DNA from: Thelocarpon superellum
Taxonomy: Eukaryota
NCBI GenBank assembly: GCA_026025795.1
Contig: JAPEUG010000184.1
Coordinates: forward strand, 1-32,127
Direction of reading: 5' to 3'
Length of the DNA: 32,127 nt
How positions within the stretch are numbered: position 1 is the stretch's first letter; each line of letters begins with the position of its first letter. The position numbers and the translations under genes were made by a program. Shown one piece after another: positions 10,816 through 20,695 of this stretch. A model generated the notes under the pieces. The model ran no database searches and was not told where the DNA came from. It saw only the letters and a list, made by a program, of their open reading frames with translations.

Positions 10816-11640
10816 ATGCTTCTCCTCATCGTCGCTCTCTTCTTCGCGGTGGCCCTGAGCGTCGCGGCTCGTGACGTATCGCCGGCGACGGATGGAGCCC
10901 ACCGGCGTTGGGCGCATCCATCGGGCACGGTCAAGGTCGCGCGCTCTCACAAATTCATCAATGACCGGCTGTTCAAGGACGTGGCTTTTCCGGATTGGGC
11001 CTGCTTCTCCAATGCCACCACGGGCGCGAAACGCTGCATGCCGCCCGGCAGGTACTATCTGAACGACGTGAGCCAGGGCGGCTACGAATTTGACTGGAGC
11101 AAGGTGGATACGGTGGAGCCTCCGGGTCACGGCGGGCGTGTGAACGTCATGACGGCCACGGGACCAGAGAGAAATGGAGTGGATGGCGACATGAAGAAAG
11201 TCCAGCTCGGCAGCTTCATGGTCCCGGATGGACCGGATGGACCTTTTGCACGCAACATGAGCTACGCCTTTGACGAGGACACGCCGGAGATGTGCGTTCT
11301 GGAGGTGGTGCAAGGGCAGGTCAACACCTTTCGCACGGCCTCAGTCTGTCTCTGGTCCGAGCGATTTTACCGGGGGAGCTTCGCCTGCTTCGGTCCAGGG
11401 GCCGGCAGTCTTCCGCCGGGGGTGGAGAAGACGGCGCGTAGTCTGATGGTGCAAAACGGGCAGATGCAGGGGTGGTTTACCAATGGCCCCATCACCAACC
11501 TCAGCGGTGGCCTGGTCAAGACCTTTGCCGGGGGTGTCAACAACCTGCGCCCCGTGATCCTCTCCGCGGAGGAGTTGACGCGAGTCGACACACTGGATCA
11601 ACGGCTTGAGGATCTGGCCGTTCAGCCACTTGGCGACTGA
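10816..11640 (+). CDS. Putative secreted protein of unknown function, intronless, ~274 aa
   Basis: ATG at 10816 (CACCATG) followed by a hydrophobic signal peptide MLLLIVALFFAVALSVAA; uninterrupted ORF with GC3-biased codons; 5 Cys; segment VCLWSERFYRGSFACF resembles a beta/gamma-crystallin Greek-key motif. Confidence 0.7.
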   Translation: MLLLIVALFFAVALSVAARDVSPATDGAHRRWAHPSGTVKVARSHKFINDRLFKDVAFPDWACFSNATTGAKRCMPPGRYYLNDVSQGGYEFDWSKVDTVEPPGHGGRVNVMTATGPERNGVDGDMKKVQLGSFMVPDGPDGPFARNMSYAFDEDTPEMCVLEVVQGQVNTFRTASVCLWSERFYRGSFACFGPGAGSLPPGVEKTARSLMVQNGQMQGWFTNGPITNLSGGLVKTFAGGVNNLRPVILSAEELTRVDTLDQRLEDLAVQPLGD

Positions 11641-12604
11641 ATGGTTGATACGCGTACACGTTCCCTTCGGCTACCGTCACGATGATGACCGTGTTATGTA
11701 TCATCGATAGGTCGGTCAAAGCGGAAGGAGAGGTGGACACGCCAATGTGTGTTTCTGTGCTTGGGTCAGTTGCCATACGCGACTTTGGCACACAAGGAGC
11801 GACACGCGAGGCGCGACGGTAAGAGAGGGGTGTGTGGAAGCATTCGTAAGGACAATCCGTCCTTAGATACGGAAGCGACGTGCACTGCACAGAGTGTCCA
11901 AATCCTGGGCGAACGATGCGCCCAGGTACGCAGATCAAGGTGCCCAGAGCTGTATCAACGGCGGCTCCTGGCGGTCGACGGAGCTCAAGGTGCGGGGGAC
12001 GGTCGATGGCCGAGTGTGGTGGGTGTCGGCCACCAGCCACCTGCGGACACGCGAGCCGTCACTTCACTCGCACTCGCACACACTCGCCCTCACCCTCTCA
12101 CTCGCACTCGCACATGGAGGAGGCTGGGGATTTAGCGTGATGAGCGCCCGCACGCCGTGGGGAGAAACGAACGGAAAAGCCGGTCGCCTCGTGTCCGCAC
12201 CACCAGGAGCACCTCGCCTTTCGCACGTCGCTGTTCCCAACTTTCCAGTCGCGGACTCGGGCACTCGCCGGCTCGCTCGCTCACGCACTCGCTCCCCAAC
12301 CTGACGAGAGGGTCTCCCTTACCTTCCCTTGCCTTGCCACCCTTACCTTACTTGACCATCACCGAACGCGCGCCCCGGCTCGAGTGCGAATCTTTCGTCA
12401 ATCTGCGAGTACTCTCCCACGATACCCACCGCCAGGGTCGAGTGTACTCCGGACCCGGACTGATTGTTCCACGGCCCGCGCTCGCCGCAATTCACGAGTT
12501 TGGCCCACGCTCAGACCATTGCTGTTGTCGCTACCATCGCGACCGTCGCGACCTGCACTACAACCACCGTCACCACAACTCCTTCTTCCGCCCGCATCGC
12601 TACC

Positions 12605-13085
12605 ATGACGCCACCTAGCAGAAAGACCAGCGCGACTGCCGCCACCACCGCCAAAACCCCCAGTTCCCCAACGCGCTCCGCGACTGCGGCCGCTTCGACT
12701 GCGACTCCGCGACCGTCGAAGAAGAAGGCAGCGGCGCCCGGGTCGGACACGCCCGTGGCAAAGGCGCCCCCGAGGAAATCGTCCAAGGCGGCCAAAACCG
12801 AGGGAGACGCGCCCAAGTCGCCTGCCAAGGCTAAGAGCAAGGCCAAAGCCGACGCCCCCGCGACGGAGAAGGCGCGCCCGACGCCTCGCAAGCGGAGCAA
12901 GCCCAAGCCCAAGGTGACGGACGAAATGGCCGAGGTCGCGGAGAAGGCGAAAGAGGCGGACGCGGAGAAGGCCGCGCCGAAAGCGCCCAAGGCGGGAGGG
13001 AGGAAGCGCAAGCAGGCGCCCGAGCCCGACGCCGACGAAGGCCAGGAGACGACGGCGGCGGCGCCCAAGCCCAAGCGCACGCGCA

Positions 13086-13123
<38 letters not shown>

Positions 13124-15157
13124 GCGCAGACGAAAGCACAGGCGCAGGCGCAAGCGCAAGAAGCCAAGGCGAACGAGACCACCCCGCTCGCCGCGCGCGC
13201 CGAGGGCATCAAGATGTTCATCGGCGCCCACGTCAGCAGTGCGAAAGGTTGGTTGTTTGACCTGGTGCGGCGCGAGTGACGTCGTGCTGTACCACGTGTG
13301 GCCGTCCACTGTCCACTGTCCGCCGTCCGCCGTCTGCCGTCCGTCGCTCGTCGTTTGCTCTTTTGGTTTCCGTAATTACTGGGCGCTGATGCCCGTTTCT
13401 CGTATGGCTAGGGGTTCATAATGCGGTCACGAATGGTGTACATATCGGGTACTACATCTCTTCCCTTTTGCTCGTCCTCTGATCCTGATCCTCCATATCC
13501 ACCCATATCCACCCATCTCCTCATCCAATGGATCTCGTTGCGCGGCTTCGTCCTGCGGCCGCCCTGCCCTGACCTGACCTGACTTTCCTCGTCCACAGTG
13601 GGAATGCATTCGCCCTCTTCCTCAAGTCACAGCGAAAATGGGACAATCCCGCCCTGGACCCGGACGTGGCTGCCAAGTTCAACCGCCATTGCTTAGACCA
13701 TGGATACGACGCATCAAGGTAGGACACACACCATACCCCACGGATCACATAACCGCATCCGATCCCAACCCGGTGGAGGGCAGTATGGGTATACGAGGAT
13801 TGGGAGAATGCAAGCTTAGACGCCCATCTGCACCCAGACACGTCCTCCCACACGGATCCTACCTCGTCAACCTCGCCCAGAAGGAACCAGACAAGGCCGC
13901 CCAAGCCTTCGATTGCTTCCTCGACGACCTGAAGCGCTGCGAGACGCTGGGGATCGGGTTGTACAACTTCCAGTATGCCCTACCGACCCTGCCGTCCCTC
14001 TCCAGCACCAGGCTGGCCACGGCCTGCTGCGTCCGCTGACGCACATGAACGAGCACAGTCCAGGCTCAACAGGCGCCCATCCCAAAGCCGAAGCCATCGC
14101 CCGCATCGCCGCTGCCCTGAACCGCGCACACAAGAGCACCACGCGCGTCAAGACGGTGCTGGAGAACATGGCGGGCACGGGGAATGTGGTCGGATCGACG
14201 TTTGAGGATCTCCGCGACATTATCGGTCTCGTCCATGATAAGTCTCGTGTTGGCGTTTGTCTGGATACCTGTCATGCTTTTGTATGTTCTCTCGTCGTCG
14301 TCGTCGTACCTCCTCCTCCCCACTCCCTCTTCCTTGTGATACGAGAGAGGGATACCAGAACGAACCGGCGAGGAATGGCTTCAGCGAAGGAGCAAAGGAG
14401 AGACGGATTTCATGAGGACGTGAGCTGACCTTCCTGTGCGAAAAGGCAGCAGGATACGACCTCCGCACGCCCGCCGCCTTCCGCGCCACCCTCGCCAGCT
14501 TCGACTCCGTCGTCGGGCTGAAGTACCTCGCCGCGCTGCACCTGAACGACAGCAAAGCCCCGCTCGGCGCCCATCGCGACCTGCACCAGAACATCGGGCT
14601 CGGCTTCCTCGGCCTCCGCGCCTTCTGGAACGTCGTCAATGAGCCCGCCTTCCACCACCTCCCGCTTATCCTGGAGACGCCGATTGACGTGCCGGATGCC
14701 AAGGAAAAAGAAAAGGAGGACAGAGGAATCTGGGCCAGGGAGATCAAGTACGTTACGATACGCTACCTTCCGCTCTTGCTCCTCTAACCTTTCCCCTGTT
14801 TTCGTCTTTACTCCGCTGATGAAGAAAAGACTCCTAGAATCCATGATTGGAATGGACACCACGTCGGCAGAGTTCTTGGCTCTAGAGGACTCCTTGGCCG
14901 CGCAGGGGGCCGCGGAACGGGCAAAGTTCCAAGAGGCTTTTGAGCGCAAGTTGGAAAAGGACAAGAAGGGCGGGAAGCAGACGAGCATTCTCGCCATGAT
15001 GCAGCGGGGTTTGAAGACCAAAGTGGAGACCAAGTCGGAAATGGACAAGGAGGCAAGAACTAAGGAGGTCCAAGAGCAGGAAGAGGAGGAGGAGCAGCGG
15101 GAGGAAGTCAACGTCACACCCTCCAAGACAAAGGCCTCGAAAAAGGGAAAGAGGTAA
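12605..15157 (+). CDS. apn1: Apurinic/apyrimidinic endonuclease, endonuclease IV family (Apn1), ~595 aa, 7 exons
   Basis: Exons 12605-13247, 13412-13448, 13599-13718, 13838-13972, 14059-14281, 14446-14747, 14830-15157 sum to 1788 nt in frame. Motifs [77 protein letters not shown]. Confidence 0.95.
13088..13158 (+). repeat. Coding hexamer repeat (ACGCAG/GCGCAG)n giving (TQ)n(AQ)n in Apn1
   Basis: acgcagacgcagacgcag... then gcgcag repeats; translates [24 protein letters not shown]. Confidence 0.9.
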
Positions 15158-15268
15158 CTCAAGGAGCATTGGTCTACCGTGAGCTTAATTGTCCCAACTC
15201 TCTACTCCAGCCAATCCGTACAAACCAGAAATTCACGTGGTCTTTCCAACACCTTTCTCCATTACACG

Positions 15269-17536
15269 CTAGGGAACAGCTGCCCTCCCAGCCGAAAGAC
15301 CCGTGCGATCGAGGTTAAAGGCGGCGCTGATGAGAGCAAGGTGGCTGAATGCCTGAGGTGTGTTGCCCAATTGCTCGCCGGACCGCGCGATCTCCTCTGA
15401 GAAGATGGACAGGTGGTTGCTAAAGCTGAGCATGTTTTCAAACAGCGAGGTTGCCTGAGAGAGATATCTCGGGTTGTAGGCTCCGGCCTAGTTTTGAGCC
15501 AGTGGGTCAGTCCGGAAAGGGCCGATCTGGATGGGTTGCCAGCCTACCCTAGTCAAGGCTTCTACGAGCCAAAAGGTACACATGCTGAAGCTCCCTTCAC
15601 GACCTCCCACACCTAGATGGACAATCAGAGGTGAAGGGGTGACTTTTCGGAGAACATTCACTCACCATCGTCAGACTTTAAGGAATTATAGCGGTACACG
15701 AGACCCGTACTGGTCAATCCCCCTTTCTCGGGCGGTTTGAGAATCTGTTCTATAGTGCTGAGGAAGCGAGGATCGTTTGGCGCGATGAAGAAGACGAGTG
15801 GCGCGATGAGCACCGACGAGTCGAGCGTCTCCCTGGACTCGTAGGACTGAACGAAACAGTGCATCTCTTGGTTATACCCCTTCTCCATGATATCCTCGTA
15901 GATCTCGTCACGCGTCGCCAACCACTCGAGGCGATGGGGGCAGGGAAAACAGCGTTTGTCCGACAAGCGGAGCGCACGGTCAAAGGCCACCCAGAGCATG
16001 ATCTTGGAATAGACAAAGTTCTGTTTCGCGTTGCGCACCTCCCAGATGCTCATGTCTTTCTCGCGCCAGATGCCGCCGACGTAGTCGATGATCTCGCGCA
16101 CCGCCACCCATTGATCGTAGCTGACGGGCTTGCCATATTTGTTATACAGGTAGATGGCGTCCAGCAGTTCGCCGTAGATGTCCAGCTGAGTATGGTAGGC
16201 GGCACCATTCCCGATCCGCACCGGCTTGCTGCCCCGATACCCGTCCAAGTGCGTCAAGTCGATCTCGTCCAAGGCGGTGTCGCCGCGGATGGGGAACATG
16301 ATGGGCAAGGCACCTTCCTCGGTCCTTGAATTTCGGAAGCGGTCGCTGATGAAATTCATGTATGCTTCCGCCTCCGAGGTGAATCCCATGCGGAGCAGAA
16401 TGTAGATGGTGAAGGAGGAATCGCGCACCCAAGAATATCGATAATCCCAGTTTCGAGAGCCGCCAAAGTCCTCGGGCAAGGAGAAGGTGGGCGACGCGAT
16501 GATGGCTCCCGTTGGCTCGTAGGTGAGTAGCTTGAGGATCATCAAGCTTCGACTGACCACCTCGAGATACCGGCCGTTGTATTTGCATCGCGAGATCCAT
16601 TGATTCCAGTAACTCATCGTATCCGTCTGGACTTCTTCCAGGAGCGATGGCGTAACGTCATCTCGCGAACTGGGTTCGGCGCCGTCCCGAAGCACGAGAG
16701 ACACTCGCTGTCCTTCTTCGAGGTGAATCTTGGTGACGACGCCCGAGCCGAGATGTCCCTCGCGGAGCTCCTCGTGGAAAGTGACGGCGGGGAGAGGTTC
16801 GTCATCCGTGCCGCTTCCACTGACAGCCATGTCGATCCGCAGCTCACGGTCTTTTGACGTGAAGATGACAGATTGGCGACCGTCCGCGTGGCTGACCACC
16901 TTGGTGTCGTGGGTATCTCGCGCGTAATTGAAGGCTGGGAAGATCTCGACGTGCACCACTCCTCCGCCGCGGAGACACTCCGTCCGTCGGATGAGCCACT
17001 TCTTCAATCCATCGCTGGCCCCAAAGAGACCGAGGCGTGATTGCTGCAGTCGGACTGGCAGCGAGTTGACGTCAGGGCGAGGAAAGAAATCAATGACGTT
17101 GAAAACGGCGTCCTCATGGATCCAGCGGGTCTGGAGGAGATTACTGCTGGGCAGGTACTGTTGCTTGGTCATGGCATTGACGCCCTTGGGCGGACAGATG
17201 CTAAAGTGGCCCCCCTTGTCATGGTCCAGCAAGCGGCAGAAGACCGAGGGCGAGTCGAATTCAGGCCTCCAGAACTCACAACTCAGCATGGGGCCATGCG
17301 GTTGGGCAGGGACGTTGGATCATACCAACACATGAAATCCAAGCCCCCGTCGACCCCGACCAAGGCACAGGTGCGTAGGTTCCCAATGAGCCCATAGCTT
17401 TCGATCTGGGGGTGGAGCAATTCAGCTACAGCAGGCACCGAAGGTGCGTGCGACCTACGGGTAGGTAACCGGTGGCGGCACGCATGGCCAACGGGTCGAA
17501 GCCGGGACGAGAGGCTTTGGGGACAACCTTCGCCAT
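15269..17536 (-). CDS. Glycoside hydrolase family 15 (intracellular, trehalase/glucoamylase-like), ~680 aa, 5 exons
   Basis: Exons 17536-17459, 17405-17326, 17266-15666, 15612-15548, 15487-15269 sum to 2043 nt. Motifs [95 protein letters not shown]. No signal peptide. Confidence 0.93.
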
Positions 17537-17944
17537 GGCGTCCAGGACACTCGAAGAATCAAATGGTATGATACTAGATTGAGAAGCAATCGAGAAACCG
17601 ACCTATTTCTTGCAGAATAATTAACACTTATGAGAGTTTACCGAGTTGGAGTGAGCTCTCGCAGCAGGGTGTAGTGACGTTCGAGACAATCCAGACAGCG
17701 ACGGTGCTCTTCCAGGTATGTTGATCAATCACCCTTTGGCTCTCCGACATGACTCGCGCATGATCGGTTGAGTGGTGTGAAGGTTGGTCATGATATGTTG
17801 ATGGTATCTGAGCTTCGACCGTCCCCCAAGCTCCTGCCCTTGGACCGCGCTAGAAGGCGGCGAGAAGTGGGAGGCTCCGTCACTACCACCGGCCGTTCCC
17901 CTGGTCTGCAGAGGATTGCAGGTGCGCTTGCCTCAAAAGAGTAA

Positions 17945-17973
17945 GCCAGCAGCCAGCAGCCAGCAGTCAGCAG
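17945..17973. repeat. 7-bp tandem repeat (AGCCAGC) ~4 copies in the divergent GH15/pre2 promoter
   Basis: agccagc agccagc agccagc agtcagc visible. Confidence 0.8.
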
Positions 17974-18182
17974 TTAGCGAGTGTCGTGGCGGACGCCGGT
18001 AGCGGTCACGTGTTCTCCTCCCAGGCACCCGTGGCGCCGTTGTGACGCGGCGAGGTGAGAAGAGCGAGAAGCACAAGGACCCGAAGCGTCCGTTGACCTG
18101 GTCCAGCAGAGTCTCTCTTTCCTCTCTTTCCCCTCCCATCTCCGGTCATCCCCCTCGTCTTCCTCCACCGTGGCCTAGCATC

Positions 18183-19277
18183 ATGGACTCTCTGGTCGCG
18201 CAGTACAGCCGGCCGATGTTCGAAGATGAAGGCTACTCAGAAGACGACCAGCTCGAGCTCGTACAAGCTACCCCTGCGCCGTCATTGAAGTTCGCCCTTC
18301 CTCCCATCGCTCAGGTATGCCACATTCCCTCCGCTGAAGCTGTGCGCACGTGCTGACTTCATCTGGCAGCCCTCGGCCTGGCTCCGGGCCACGACGGATG
18401 ATCATGCCAACCCCAACTGTCCGATCAAGCTCGCCCACGGTACCACCACCCTGGCCTTCCGCTTCCAAGGCGGCATCATCGTCGCGACGGACTCGCGCGC
18501 CACGGCAGGGAACTGGATCGCCAGTCAGACGGTGAAGAAAGTGATTGAAATCAACCAGTGCCTGCTCGGGACCATGGCCGGTGGCGCCGCGGTGAGTCTT
18601 CCCGAGTCCTCGATGACGGGATGCTCGCTTCCCCTTCGCCCTCGATGCTCATGACTTGCTTGGACAGGACTGTCAATTCTGGCTTGCCTACCTCGGCATG
18701 CAATGTCGGCTGCATGAACTGCGACACAAACGCCGCATCTCCGTGGCCGCAGCCTCCAAGATCCTGTCGAATCTGGTCTACTCGTACAAGGGCATGGGCC
18801 TCAGCATGGTCCGTCATCTCTTCCGTCCTGCCGCTTGATTCCTTCTGCTCACCGCTTGCGCGTTCAGGGAACCATGTGTGCGGGTGTGACCCCCCAAGAG
18901 GGCCCGGCTCTCTACTACATCGACTCAGATGGCACGCGTCTTGCGGGCAACCTGTTTTGCGTCGGATCGGGCCAGACATTCGCATACGGCGTGCTGGATG
19001 CCGAATACCACTACAACTTGAGCGAGGAAGAAGCCTTGGAGCTGGGCCGACGAAGTATCCTGGCGGCCACGCACCGAGATGCCTACTCGGGCGGCTTCAT
19101 CAACCTGTACCACGTCAAGGAGGATGGCTGGGTCAAGCACGGCTTCAACGTGAGTCTCTCCCAACACTCTGGTGCTCACGGCGGAGATGCTAACGGCTGT
19201 AGGACACGAACCCGATCTTCTGGAAGACTAAGCTGGAAAAGGGCGAGTTTTCCAACGTCACGTCGGAGCTTGTCTAG
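18183..19277 (+). CDS. pre2: 20S proteasome subunit beta5 (chymotrypsin-like) precursor, ~283 aa, 5 exons
   Basis: Exons 18183-18314, 18370-18591, 18668-18808, 18868-19149, 19203-19277. Propeptide cleavage site [58 protein letters not shown]. Confidence 0.97.
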
Positions 19278-20695
19278 CAGCAGATGTGAGGTGAGCGTTG
19301 GAGGAAACAAGCATGCTGGGATGTCTCCGTCGCACGATCATCTCCAGCTCAACATTGTAGACCACCTTTGCGGCATGTACTTTCCACCACTCTTGTCATT
19401 ACTAGCTTTGACCGATGGGCGATGGGCATCACTAGCAGTACTAGTGATACGATCGAGACAAGGACCCGGGCAATGGAAGATCGTAGAGACTTGCAAGTAT
19501 GCTTCCTGTGCTACGAGACGCCAACGTAGGCGTACAGATAGCTCCAGGGTTACCTGAGTCACTGGCATGCGGAGACCCGTCCGCCGGTGCAGGACGCGGT
19601 CGATGTTGGCGTGAGCGAGGAAGTGCGGTCGCGAGACCTGCTATAAATAGGAGACTCAAGAGAGTGTCGTGCATGCTACCGTGACATGCATATACCTGTA
19701 CGAATGACATGCAGTCATTACCTAGACGCCTTGTGCACGTACGGGAGAATGAGTTGCGGAGTAACCACTAGACACCGGCTTGCCCACGGCCCGGGGTGGA
19801 ATCGGTCGTTCAAGAGCCGTTCTTCTCTTCCAGTCCCCACCTGTAATGGCACAACACGCGAGCGGACAGGCAAGGGCAGGCGCTGGGGATCATTATTGGT
19901 GGCTTTGGCCGCGTCGGTCAAATTACCCGAATCCCCTGGAGCTTGTCAGCCAGACGATCGTTCCACCACCCGCAACCTCCTCCCCGCCGGATCTCCCACA
20001 CCGCCAATCGAGACTTTCGTCCGGCCACCGACAATGACCCATTGCCCTTCTGACCCTGCCGCCATCCGCGACGATAGTCTCCTCGAGAGACCATGGTCGA
20101 TGGTCTCGGTGCCAGCAACCAATCAGAGGACATGGTCCCTGCAGCTGCAGCACGGTCGTTTCGGCGGCCTCTCGTGCGCCGCATCTGTGGCTCCGAACGC
20201 CCCATTGACAATCTGCCCACAGGTGCTTGATTGACAGACATACCTCCGACCACGACATGCCAATACATGACGGCCTTTCACCTCGTGAATCTATTGGTCT
20301 GCCACTTGCGGAGCCGTCGTCAGAGGGTCGGAACCATGAGCTCCTTAGCGCTGCGTTGGCTCTTGCGTGGATGAAAGCAGGGAGGGGATTCTCAGGATGA
20401 TCTCGATCTGTTTGTACCGCTGCATGCCCCACAAATGTCTGCATGATTCCGTTCCTGTCTTTCATCGATTCCAGCTCTGGAGGAAAGACATTCCTCCGTC
20501 CGTTCCTTCTCGGCGCAGCTTGCTCTCCTTGTCTTTCGAGCCCTGCAGACGACCTTAGCATTTAATCTATATCGATTCCGGAATTGTTCTTCGAGGGCAA
20601 GACGTGCTACGTCTGTACACGATATATCAGCCCGTTCCTATTGGACATCAGGAAGATCGTGCTCGTGCTGGTCGTCTCCCTAGTGAAAGTTGACC

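Noticed and set aside
12398..13309. Minus-strand ORFs with (RL)n and (CV/CA)n repeats
   Set aside because: Reverse-frame translations of the hexamer repeat in apn1 exon 1.
19686..20561. 182-aa (+) and 212-aa (-) ORFs upstream of the tyrosinase
   Set aside because: No recognisable motifs or codon bias; they overlap each other on opposite strands as expected by chance at this GC content.
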